Part shown: one piece after another, positions 9,265-17,236 of the stretch | Numbering within the stretch: position 1 is the stretch's first letter | Layout of the letters: each line of letters opens with the position of its first letter | DNA from: an uncultured Collinsella sp. | GTDB lineage: Bacteria > Actinomycetota > Coriobacteriia > Coriobacteriales > Coriobacteriaceae | Assembly: GCA_905204365.1 (NCBI GenBank) | Contig: CAJKZO010000001.1 | Coordinates: forward strand, 1-60,332 | DNA length: 60,332 nt | Direction of reading: 5' to 3' | The notes under the pieces: generated by a model | Seen by the model: only the letters and a program-made list of their open reading frames with translations | The model's database searches: none | Told to the model about the DNA's origin: nothing | Program-made: the position numbers and the translations under genes

Positions 9265-9627
9265 TTGGATCTCCTTCTTTAAGAGCGGGCTGTTCGTTAT
9301 TGAGAAAAATAGACGTTCGTGGGGACATAAAACTGCAGCCAATTCCCTCTGCTCAATGGCGTTGGAAGCTCTAATACAACCGATGCGCTAATACCAATCT
9401 GGCTTTGAATATTGAAGGTAGACATGAACACGGAGCACTCCTCGATTCGCTCACTGCACTCACCGATTAATAGACGTTTCGCTGTTACGTTTTACGCTGC
9501 AAGAATTAGACTGCTTGCTTAGGTGCTAGAGGCATTCGGCATAGACATGAGAAGCCGCGCCAAGTGCCTGGTGCTTCTTGAAAGTCGTGGCCGATCCGGA
9601 AAGCGGAATGGCGAAAGGAATAGTTGG

Positions 9628-10338
9628 ATGGCTGTAAATCTTAAAAACGTAAAAGATACGGTGAACCTTGCGGCGGAGGTCCTGGGTGCTGCGGCCGCCG
9701 TCATTGAGGGTGCAAAGCAGCTCGGTGTCGATGTTGATGCCGTCGGCGGTGCCGTAAAGGATGCGGCGGGCGGTGCTGCTAACGGCGCTCGTGTCGTTGC
9801 CGATGGTATTGGTAAGGGGTTCGGCGCGGCGGCCGACGGCGTCGGCGCGGCAGTTGGCGCACTGGGCGGTGCTGCGAAAGCGTTTCAGGATTCAAGAGAA
9901 GCTGCCGAGGCTCGTAAGAAGATCAACGCTGCAAGGCAATCGATTTTTGAAGGAGCGTCGACGGTGATGCCCCTACACAAGTTTGTCTGCCAGCAGGACA
10001 AAGCTGCCGATGCTGCGTTTAACGGTTTCGATATGCCCGGCTGTTACCTTATCGCAAAGTATCAAAAGGGCGACCACGATAAGAACTACAGCGATTACCT
10101 GGGTATTTACGTTGGCTCGAGTGAGCACATGTCGGAGGATATCGTATCCACACCCACGCGCCAGGGCGATCCGGACGTTTATGCCGACTACAAGTACCAT
10201 CAAAATGTGATGCTGTATGTGTTCCCCTGCGAGCTGAAAGACCTCGAAGAGCGTCGTGATCTTCTTCTACGCTCGTTTGATGGCAAGAGGCTCTACAACG
10301 ACACTGATGCCTCCCTTAGTCGATGGGGCGACAGATGA
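9628..10338 (+). CDS. Ala/Gly-rich N-terminus fused to a GIY-YIG-like nuclease domain
   Basis: RBS GAAAGGA; PGCYLI...IYVGSS motif pair, later Glu and a terminal LYN. Confidence 0.65.
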   Translation: MAVNLKNVKDTVNLAAEVLGAAAAVIEGAKQLGVDVDAVGGAVKDAAGGAANGARVVADGIGKGFGAAADGVGAAVGALGGAAKAFQDSREAAEARKKINAARQSIFEGASTVMPLHKFVCQQDKAADAAFNGFDMPGCYLIAKYQKGDHDKNYSDYLGIYVGSSEHMSEDIVSTPTRQGDPDVYADYKYHQNVMLYVFPCELKDLEERRDLLLRSFDGKRLYNDTDASLSRWGDR

Positions 10339-11267
10339 AGACCTATAACCTGGACACCATTCAGAAGGTTCCCCTGCGCGAGGTGTGGCCGCATGAGGCC
10401 CATGACTTCACCAAGTGGCTGGCCGAGGAGCAGAACCTCGCAACCCTCGGGATGGCGGTCGGAATCGAGCTCGAGCTCATAGAGACGGAGTCCTCGGTCG
10501 GATCGTTCAACGTGGACATCTACGCGCAGGAGTCCGGTACGGGGCGCTAGGTGAGTATCGAGAACCAACTCGAGGACACCAACCACGTCCATCTCGGCAA
10601 GGTGATCTCGTATGCCGCCGGCAAGGGCGCCGAGGTCGTCATCTGGGTCGTGGCGCGCGCCCGCGACGAGCACCGCCAGGCCACCGAGTGGCCCAACCAG
10701 CACACCGACAGCGACTTCGGGTTCTTCCTGGTCGAGGTCGAGCTCTGGAAGATCGGGGACTCCCTGCCCGCCCCGCGCTTCGGCGTGGTCGAGCAGCCGA
10801 ACGAGTGGACCAAGACCGTGAAGCTCTCCGAGGGGCTCAGCGAGACCGAAAAGGTCAAGCTGGCGTACTGGACGGCCTACCGCGATGTGGCGGACGGCCA
10901 TCCGGAGTTCCTCAAGGAGTTCAGCCCGCAGAAGCCCAGCAAGGACCATTGGTCGACGCTGCGCCTGGGGGTCTCGGCATACCATCTTGCCCTGCTCATC
11001 GATACGCATAAGGGGCGCACGGGCATCGAGCTGTACGTGGACGACGACAAGGAGATCGGGCACCGTGCCATCGCCAACAGCGGGGTCTTCGAGGAGCGCC
11101 TCGGGCTGACGGCGGCACCCTTCGATGCGAAAAAGGCCTCGGGACTGCGCTTCTACAAAGCGGGCCATCCCATCAAGGGTCACCAGGACGCATGGCCGGG
11201 GTACATCAAGGAACAGCTCGGATGGGCCATCGAGATGAAAAAGATAATCGCGGAGATCGGGCTCTAG
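10335..11267 (+). pseudogene. PD-(D/E)xK (NucS-like) plus DUF4268 domain protein with an in-frame TAG
   Basis: LREVWPHEAHDFTKWL, VGSFNVDI, IENQLEDTNH.HLGK motifs; TAG at 10548-10550 in an otherwise continuous frame; ATGA overlap with the upstream gene. Confidence 0.8.
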
Positions 11268-11413
11268 GGCAAGTGCGAGCCGATTGTCGGGCCTTGTAGA
11301 TACAGTCGCTCAGTATTGAGACAAAACTAGATAGAGGGATGCCCCCAACCTATATATGAATGGCACTTTCTTCAGACTACGTCGTAACAATTATTGGTGG
11401 GTGCAGCTCTGAA

Positions 11414-11633
11414 TGTCTCAATCTGTAACGCTAGGACGGGGCATTTGCTTCAACCTGTTGCAGATCAAGATGGAAGGATGCAGATGGATCATTTGTCTCA
11501 ATCTGTAACAGGTAGGGGAGGAAAACCGTTCTTACTGTTACAGATTTAGATAACGAGGGAGGCCGGCGGCGAATCGTCTTGATCTGTAACATCTGGACCG
11601 CTAATCAGCGTCTTGCTGTTACAGAACAAGACA
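11414..11633. repeat. Tandem array of three family A palindromic units, period 80-81 bp
   Basis: 17-bp arms (consensus TGTCTCAATCTGTAACA) start at 11414/11456, 11494/11536 and 11575/11617; each spacer is 25 nt. Confidence 0.88.
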
Positions 11634-11662
11634 AAAGCGGTGAGGCGCCTGACCGTCCGTTT

Positions 11663-11710
11663 AGCGTGGATTTTCCCACGCTCGATTTCAAACGGAAGAA
11701 AATCCACGCT
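11663..11710. repeat. 13-bp inverted repeat with a 22-nt spacer
   Basis: AGCGTGGATTTTC ... GAAAATCCACGCT. Confidence 0.65.
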
Positions 11711-11927
11711 CGAATCTGCCGCGGAAGCCCCGATCTCGACCTATATATAGGTGCAAATAAGCCGTTATCGAAGTTCGATCCTGAAGGTGTACTCTACTAC
11801 ACCAAAGTGTTACCTCGGGAAACGTTACCTCAGTATCCAAAACCACCGTCCTTCATATCCAAACTCAACAAAACCGCAGGTCATGACTATATAGATACGC
11901 CCGGCACCGTGTATCTAGAGGTTTTCG

Positions 11928-11957
11928 TTGACAGCCCCCAAGGTTGCATCGTATTAT
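11928..11957 (+). promoter_or_regulatory. Sigma70-type promoter for the tRNA-tuf operon
   Basis: TTGACA-N18-TATTAT. Confidence 0.65.
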
Positions 11958-12019
11958 CTTTTTCGTTCGCGGGGGCGGCGGTCCAAAAGACCAAAGGACC
12001 TGCGGATACTTGAACGATT

Positions 12020-12101
12020 GGGAGTTTGCCCGAGTGGTTAATGGGGACGGGCTGTAAACCCGTTGGCTCTGCCTACATAGGTTCGAATCCTATAGCTCCC
12101 A
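12020..12101 (+). tRNA. tRNA-Tyr(GTA)
   Basis: Anticodon loop CTGTAAA, long variable arm, GGTTCGAATCC; CCA not encoded. Confidence 0.96.
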
Positions 12102-12111
12102 CCCGTCAAGT

Positions 12112-12187
12112 GCCTGTATAGCTCAGTCGGTAGAGCACTTCGTTGGTAACGAAGAGGTCACCAGTTCAAGTCTGGTTGCAGGCTCCA
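12112..12187 (+). tRNA. tRNA-Thr(GGT)
   Basis: CTTCG-TTGGTAA-CGAAG anticodon arm, CCA end. Confidence 0.96.
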
Positions 12188-12190
12188 TCC

Positions 12191-12267
12191 GGCGGTGTAG
12201 CTCAGTTGGTTAGAGCACACGGTTCATACCCGTGGCGTCACTGGTTCGAATCCAGTCACCGCTACCA
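12191..12267 (+). tRNA. tRNA-Met(CAT), probably elongator
   Basis: CACGG-TTCATAC-CCGTG anticodon arm, CCA end; lacks the initiator GGG/CCC stem. Confidence 0.92.
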
Positions 12268-12363
12268 TAGGTAACACGGTGGCTTCTCAATAGTATGTTG
12301 AGAGGCCACTATGGTATAAAGGCAAAGTCCCGTCCGGGGACGACCTGTTTAGAGGAGGGCTTT

Positions 12364-13554
12364 ATGGCCAAAGAGAAGTTTGAGCGCACTAAGCCGCATG
12401 TTAACATCGGCACCATTGGTCACGTCGACCACGGCAAGACCACGCTGACCGCTGCCATCACCAAGGTTCTCTCCGAGACCGAGGGCTGCAAGGCTGACTT
12501 CACTGCGTTCGAGAACATCGACAAGGCTCCCGAGGAGCGCGAGCGCGGCATTACGATCTCCGTCTCCCACGTCGAGTACGAGACTGCTGCCCGTCACTAC
12601 GCTCACGTTGACTGCCCGGGCCACGCTGACTACGTCAAGAACATGATCTCCGGCGCTGCTCAGATGGACGGCGCTATCCTGGTCATCGCCGCTACCGACG
12701 GCCCCATGGCTCAGACCCGCGAGCACATCCTGCTCGCCCGTCAGGTCGGCGTTCCCTACATCGTCGTCTTCCTGAACAAGTGCGACATGGTCGACGATGA
12801 CGAGCTCATCGACCTCGTCGAGATGGAGACCCGTGAGCTCCTCTCCGAGTACGATTTCCCCGGCGACGACATCCCCGTCATCCGTGGTTCCGCTCTGGGC
12901 GCTCTCGAGGGCGACGCCAAGTGGATGGACGCTATCCGCGAGCTCATGAACGCCGTCGACGAGTACATCCCGACGCCTGCTCGTAACAACGACCTCCCGT
13001 TCCTGATGGCCGTTGAGGACGTTATGACCATCTCCGGCCGTGGTACCGTTGCTACCGGCCGTGTCGAGCGCGGTGAGCTCAAGCTCAACGAGCCCGTCGA
13101 GATCGTCGGCATCAAGGATACCCAGAACACCGTCGTTACCGGTATCGAGATGTTCCGTAAGTCCATGGACTTCTGCGAGGCTGGCGACAACGTCGGTCTG
13201 CTGCTCCGCGGCATCAAGCGCGAGGACATCGAGCGCGGTCAGGTTCTCTGCAAGCCCGGTTCGGTTACCCCGCACACCAAGTTCACCGGTGAGATCTACG
13301 TTCTGACCAAGGAGGAGGGCGGCCGTCACACCCCGTTCTTCGATGGTTATCGTCCTCAGTTCTACTTCCGTACCACCGACGTTACCGGTACGGTCAAGCT
13401 CCCCGAGGGCACCGAGATGGCTATGCCTGGTGACCACATCACCATCGAGGGCGACCTCATCCACCCGATCGCCATGGAGGAGGGCCTGCGCTTCGCTATC
13501 CGCGAGGGTGGCCACACCGTCGGTTCGGGCATCGTCTCCACGATCATTGAGTAA
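12364..13554 (+). CDS. tuf: Elongation factor Tu
   Basis: [25 protein letters not shown] and NKCD motifs. Confidence 0.99.
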   Translation: MAKEKFERTKPHVNIGTIGHVDHGKTTLTAAITKVLSETEGCKADFTAFENIDKAPEERERGITISVSHVEYETAARHYAHVDCPGHADYVKNMISGAAQMDGAILVIAATDGPMAQTREHILLARQVGVPYIVVFLNKCDMVDDDELIDLVEMETRELLSEYDFPGDDIPVIRGSALGALEGDAKWMDAIRELMNAVDEYIPTPARNNDLPFLMAVEDVMTISGRGTVATGRVERGELKLNEPVEIVGIKDTQNTVVTGIEMFRKSMDFCEAGDNVGLLLRGIKREDIERGQVLCKPGSVTPHTKFTGEIYVLTKEEGGRHTPFFDGYRPQFYFRTTDVTGTVKLPEGTEMAMPGDHITIEGDLIHPIAMEEGLRFAIREGGHTVGSGIVSTIIE

Positions 13555-13581
13555 ATTAGCTCTTTGATATAGCTGACTTAG

Positions 13582-13617
13582 AGAACCCGGCACTTATATG
13601 GGTGCCGGGTTCTTTTC
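13582..13617 (+). terminator. Intrinsic terminator after tuf
   Basis: AGAACCCGGCAC / GTGCCGGGTTCT stem followed by a T run. Confidence 0.85.
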
Positions 13618-13758
13618 TGCAATGGATATTGAGCCGTTGCTGGTGTCGAGAGGATCGATAATGGTCCCGGATGCACCGTCGATTAGATCTCGATGGCTTC
13701 ATTGATGTGTTCCAAATATGAATGGATCCACCGAGAACCAATTGACTCGAGGTTTTCA

Positions 13759-13788
13759 TTGACAGCACTTACGTGGAGCTGATAAAGT
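13759..13788 (+). promoter_or_regulatory. Promoter for rpmG-tRNA-Trp-secE-nusG
   Basis: TTGACA-N18-TAAAGT with an extended -10 TG. Confidence 0.55.
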
Positions 13789-13833
13789 AACAACTCGTGC
13801 CCGTACGGGGCGGAAATGAAAGGTTCAGGATAC

Positions 13834-13983
13834 ATGCGTACTCTAGTTACTCTTGCGTGCACTGAGTGCAAGCGCCGCAACTATACGACCACCAAGAACA
13901 AGTCGACCATGCCTGATCGTATGGAGATTAAGAAGTATTGCCCCTGGTGCCGTCACCATACGCTGCACAAAGAGACTCGCTAG
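13834..13983 (+). CDS. rpmG: 50S ribosomal protein L33, zinc-ribbon form (missing from the ORF track)
   Basis: [49 protein letters not shown], 49 aa. Confidence 0.97.
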   Translation: MRTLVTLACTECKRRNYTTTKNKSTMPDRMEIKKYCPWCRHHTLHKETR

Positions 13984-13996
13984 TCTCTAGTCACAT

Positions 13997-14072
13997 ACGC
14001 CAGTAGTTCAATTGGTAGAGCATCGGTCTCCAAAACCGAGTGTTGAGGGTTCGAGTCCTTCCTGGCGTGCCA
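13997..14072 (+). tRNA. tRNA-Trp(CCA)
   Basis: TCGGT-CTCCAAA-ACCGA anticodon arm, CCA end, canonical position before secE. Confidence 0.96.
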
Positions 14073-14148
14073 GTCATTATTCCGTAAGCTCCCACTTGGG
14101 GGCTTACGGTTTACTCATGTATAAGCGCATTGCGCGGAGGTAACCCAA

Positions 14149-14487
14149 ATGGCCAACAAGAAGAACAAGAAGAAGGCTCAGCAGCCGGCACCTGCCAACA
14201 ACGCTGCCGCCAACTCCAAGGTTGAGGCCAAGAAGGCCGTTGCCAAGAAGAACGAGAAGGCTGCGAAGTCCAAGAAGAACGAGAAGCCTGGTTTCTTCGC
14301 CCGCACCAAGAAGTATTTCGCTTCGGTCAAGTCCGAGATGAAGCGTGTCACGTGGCCCGATAAGAAGGAGCTCGTGAACTACTCGGTCGTCGTTTGCGCT
14401 TCTCTGGTCGTCGTCGGCGTCGTCATCGCTCTGCTCGATGCTGGCTTTGGCGAGGCTCTTGCTCTGTTCTCTGGATTGAGGGGCTAA
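14149..14487 (+). CDS. secE: Preprotein translocase SecE
   Basis: EMKRVTWP motif plus TM helix; upstream of nusG. Confidence 0.93.
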   Translation: MANKKNKKKAQQPAPANNAAANSKVEAKKAVAKKNEKAAKSKKNEKPGFFARTKKYFASVKSEMKRVTWPDKKELVNYSVVVCASLVVVGVVIALLDAGFGEALALFSGLRG

Positions 14488-14490
14488 ACC

Positions 14491-15027
14491 ATGTCTAAGC
14501 GTTGGTACGTCGTTCACACTTACTCCGGATACGAGAACCGCGTAAAGTCCGATCTCGAGCATCGTATCGAGACCATGGGCATGCAGGACCGTATCTTTGA
14601 TATCGAGATTCCTATGGAGCGCGTCACCGAGATCAAAGAGGGTGGCAAGCGCGAGACCAAGGATTCCAAGATCTTCCCGGGTTATGTCCTGGTCCGCATG
14701 GAGATGGATGACGATGCTTGGACGTGTGTTCGCAACACGCCCGGCGTCACCGGTTTCCTAGGCGGCAACGGCAAGCCCGCTCCGCTTTCCCGTGACGAGT
14801 ACAACAAGATGACTCGTCGTCCCGGTAAGGGCGATTCGCCCAAGCGCACCTCGGTTGATATTCAGGTCGGCACGTCCGTCCGTGTCACCGATGGCCCGCT
14901 TACCGACTTTGATGGCAAGGTCTCCGAGGTTAACACCGAGGCTGGCAAGCTCAAGGTCACGCTGATGATCTTTGGCCGCGAGACGCCGGTCGAGCTCGAC
15001 TTTAACCAGGTCGCTGTCATCGCTTAA
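14491..15027 (+). CDS. nusG: Transcription factor NusG
   Basis: WYVVHTYSGYE, FPGYVLV, KOW motif, FGRETPVEL. Confidence 0.98.
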   Translation: MSKRWYVVHTYSGYENRVKSDLEHRIETMGMQDRIFDIEIPMERVTEIKEGGKRETKDSKIFPGYVLVRMEMDDDAWTCVRNTPGVTGFLGGNGKPAPLSRDEYNKMTRRPGKGDSPKRTSVDIQVGTSVRVTDGPLTDFDGKVSEVNTEAGKLKVTLMIFGRETPVELDFNQVAVIA

Positions 15028-15147
15028 GTTTTCGTCCGTTCGCGCGAGCGTGCTTCTTCTGTGACTGCTCATCTCAGGAGTGCTTCTAACACGTGCGTGC
15101 TTACGATATAGCAAGTACTTCACACTCGTGATTCGAAAGGAATGACC

Positions 15148-15576
15148 ATGGCTGAGAAGAAGGTTGCCAACGTCATTAAGCTCCAGATTCCTGCTGGTGC
15201 AGCTAACCCCGCTCCTCCCGTCGGCCCCGCCCTGGGCGCTGCTGGCGTGAACATCATGCAGTTCTGCCAGGCCTTTAACGCCGAGACACAGGACAAGAAG
15301 GGCGACATCATCCCCGTTGAGATCTCTGTCTACGAGGATAAGTCCTTCTCCTTCATCACCAAGACCCCGCCGGCGGCTCACCTCATCAAGAAGGAACTGA
15401 ACCTCAAGTCTGGTTCCGCTAAGCCCCAGGCCGACAAGGTTGGTCAGCTCTCCCAGGAGCAGCTCACCAAGATCGCCGAGATCAAGATGCCGGACCTCAA
15501 TGCCAACGACATTGACGCCGCCAAGAAGATCATCGCCGGTACCGCCCGTTCCATGGGCGTCACCATCGCTGAGTAG
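15148..15576 (+). CDS. rplK: 50S ribosomal protein L11
   Basis: [12 protein letters not shown] and GTARSMG motifs. Confidence 0.98.
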   Translation: MAEKKVANVIKLQIPAGAANPAPPVGPALGAAGVNIMQFCQAFNAETQDKKGDIIPVEISVYEDKSFSFITKTPPAAHLIKKELNLKSGSAKPQADKVGQLSQEQLTKIAEIKMPDLNANDIDAAKKIIAGTARSMGVTIAE

Positions 15577-15649
15577 CGATTTCTTATGGTAACGACGGGT
15601 GCTCCGACCGGGGCGCCCGTTAAATGTGTGCAATAGGGCACACGATACG

Positions 15650-15686
15650 ATGTGGGAGGGCTCACGCCCGTTTAACCACAGGAGGT
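15650..15686 (+). promoter_or_regulatory. Putative L1-binding autoregulatory leader
   Basis: TGTGGGAGGGC...GCCCGTTTAACCACA stem with GGGAG internal loop overlapping the rplA RBS region. Confidence 0.55.
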
Positions 15687-15693
15687 AATGCAC

Positions 15694-16401
15694 ATGGCTA
15701 AGCATGGTAAGAGCTATAACGCCGCTGCCGAGAAGATCGACCGCGCCACGCTCTACACCCCCCTTCAGGCTGCCAAGCTCATCAAGGAGCTCGACACCGC
15801 CAAGTTCGACGAGACCGTCGAGGCCCACTTCCGTCTGGGCATCGATACTCGTAAGGCTGACCAGAACATCCGTGGTTCCATCTCCCTGCCTCACGGCACC
15901 GGCAAGACCGTTCGTGTTGCCGTCTTCGCCGAGGGCGAGAAGGCCCGCGAGGCCGAGGCTGCCGGCGCCGATATCATCGGTTCCGACGAGCTCGTCGCCC
16001 AGATCCAGAAGGGCGAGATCAACTTCGACGCCGCTATCGCTACGCCGAACATGATGGCCAAGGTTGGCCGTATCGGTAAGATCCTTGGTCCCCGTGGCCT
16101 CATGCCGAACCCCAAGCTCGGCACCGTGACCATGGACGTCGCCAAGATGGTCTCCGAGCTCAAGGCCGGCCGCGTTGAGTACCGCGCCGACCGCTACGGC
16201 ATCTGCCACGTGCCCCTGGGCAAGAAGTCCTTCTCTGAGCAGCAGCTCGTTGAGAACTACGCTGCTCTGTACACCGAGATCCTGCGCGTCAAGCCCTCTT
16301 CTGCTAAGGGCAAGTACGTCAAGTCCATCTCCGTGTCTTCCACCATGGGCCCTGGCGTCAAGGTCGATCCCGCTGTCCAGCGTGACTTCCTGGCTGAGTA
16401 A
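15694..16401 (+). CDS. rplA: 50S ribosomal protein L1
   Basis: [25 protein letters not shown] and STMGPG motifs. Confidence 0.98.
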   Translation: MAKHGKSYNAAAEKIDRATLYTPLQAAKLIKELDTAKFDETVEAHFRLGIDTRKADQNIRGSISLPHGTGKTVRVAVFAEGEKAREAEAAGADIIGSDELVAQIQKGEINFDAAIATPNMMAKVGRIGKILGPRGLMPNPKLGTVTMDVAKMVSELKAGRVEYRADRYGICHVPLGKKSFSEQQLVENYAALYTEILRVKPSSAKGKYVKSISVSSTMGPGVKVDPAVQRDFLAE

Positions 16402-16437
16402 CTGATAGTTACTGCCTGAGCAACGCAAGCATTGCTA

Positions 16438-16476
16438 AAGAAACCCGGTTCTGCCCTGCGCAGGACCGGGTTTCTT
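16438..16476 (+). terminator. Terminator after rplA, possibly bidirectional
   Basis: AAGAAACCCGGT...ACCGGGTTTCTT stem. Confidence 0.75.
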
Positions 16477-16488
16477 GCTATCGCGTAA

Positions 16489-16527
16489 AACCACCACAAA
16501 GGGGACAGTGTCCCCTTTGTGGTGGTT
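16489..16527. repeat. TGTCCC-containing hairpin, family B
   Basis: AACCACCACAAAGGGGACA-G-TGTCCCCTTTGTGGTGGTT; related hairpins at 19207-19245 and 22227-22266. Confidence 0.75.
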
Positions 16528-17236
16528 ACCAGGGTGTTCTGGCTGTTGAGGACTCGATGGCATCGTGGCGTTTGAGCTCGCGGCGCATGGTTTGCGAATT
16601 GAGCCAGGCTGCCTGCCAGCCACGGATGGGGTAGCGCGTCTGGTCGAGCTCAAACTGCGTATAGCCGCAGGCGTTGATGATCGTCGTTCCACACACATGC
16701 TGCCGCTCGCGCTGAAAATCGTAACCGTAGCTTTGGTGTACATGCCCATGCACCATGTAGTCGGCCCCCCAGGACTCAAGCGCCGTGTTAAAGCACTCAA
16801 ACCCTCGATGCGGCAGATCGTCCAGATCACCCATACCGGCCGCGGGTGCATGGGTAAGCAGAATGTCGCACCCGCCGACCATCCTAACCTTACGCGACAG
16901 CTTACGCATGCGCTTGGACATCTCGCGTTCGGTGTACATGTTGGCGCCGTCGCGATAACGCATGGACCCGCCAAGGCCCGCAATGCGAATCCCTCGGTAT
17001 GTGTACACGCTGTCTTCCACGCAGCTACATCCACCCGGTGCATGACGTGCGTAGCGGTCATCGTGATTGCCGCGTACGTAGATGAGCGGTTTGTTGATGA
17101 CTGTGACCAAAAACTCTAGATAGTCCGGGTCCAGATCGCCGGCGGACAAAATCAGGTCGACACCCTCAAAGCGTTCCTTGCGAAAGCACTCCCAAAGGCA
17201 TCGTTCTTCGGTATCGGCTATGGCAAGGATCTTCAT
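16526..17236 (-). CDS. Calcineurin-like metallophosphoesterase
   Basis: IADTE (DxH variant), AGDL, RGNHD, THAP and HGHVH motifs. Confidence 0.88.
   Translation of the reverse strand: MKILAIADTEERCLWECFRKERFEGVDLILSAGDLDPDYLEFLVTVINKPLIYVRGNHDDRYARHAPGGCSCVEDSVYTYRGIRIAGLGGSMRYRDGANMYTEREMSKRMRKLSRKVRMVGGCDILLTHAPAAGMGDLDDLPHRGFECFNTALESWGADYMVHGHVHQSYGYDFQRERQHVCGTTIINACGYTQFELDQTRYPIRGWQAAWLNSQTMRRELKRHDAIESSTARTPW

Larger units (their letters stand above)
7125..11920. other. Accessory islet between tRNA-Thr(TGT) and the tRNA-Tyr/Thr/Met cluster, with no integrase
   Basis: Non-core genes, visibly lower GC over most of it, two pseudogenes, related palindromic units at both ends. Confidence 0.7.

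Noticed and set aside
10548..10550. Programmed amber readthrough (pyrrolysine) in the DUF4268 gene
   Set aside because: No pyl genes are in view, and nearby residues also look decayed. A nonsense mutation or sequencing error is simpler.
11414..11633. CRISPR interpretation of this array and the one at 29827-30025
   Set aside because: The repeats alternate in orientation, are short and degenerate, number only 3-4 units, and no cas genes or leader are present.
11870..11885. AAAACCGCAGGTCA motif, with similar reverse copies near 40708-40724 and 39538-39548
   Set aside because: The motif is short, and there are too few copies to separate it from chance without a genome-wide count.
11579..12013. 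144-aa TTG-started ORF
   Set aside because: It runs across repeat units and the tRNA promoter, with no RBS or recognisable motif.
7001..12020. Prophage or ICE integrated at tRNA-Thr
   Set aside because: No integrase, structural or conjugation genes are present, and I found no duplicated tRNA 3' end.
12020..12104. tRNA-Tyr lacks an encoded CCA end
   Set aside because: This is common in Gram-positive bacteria; the CCA-adding enzyme supplies it.
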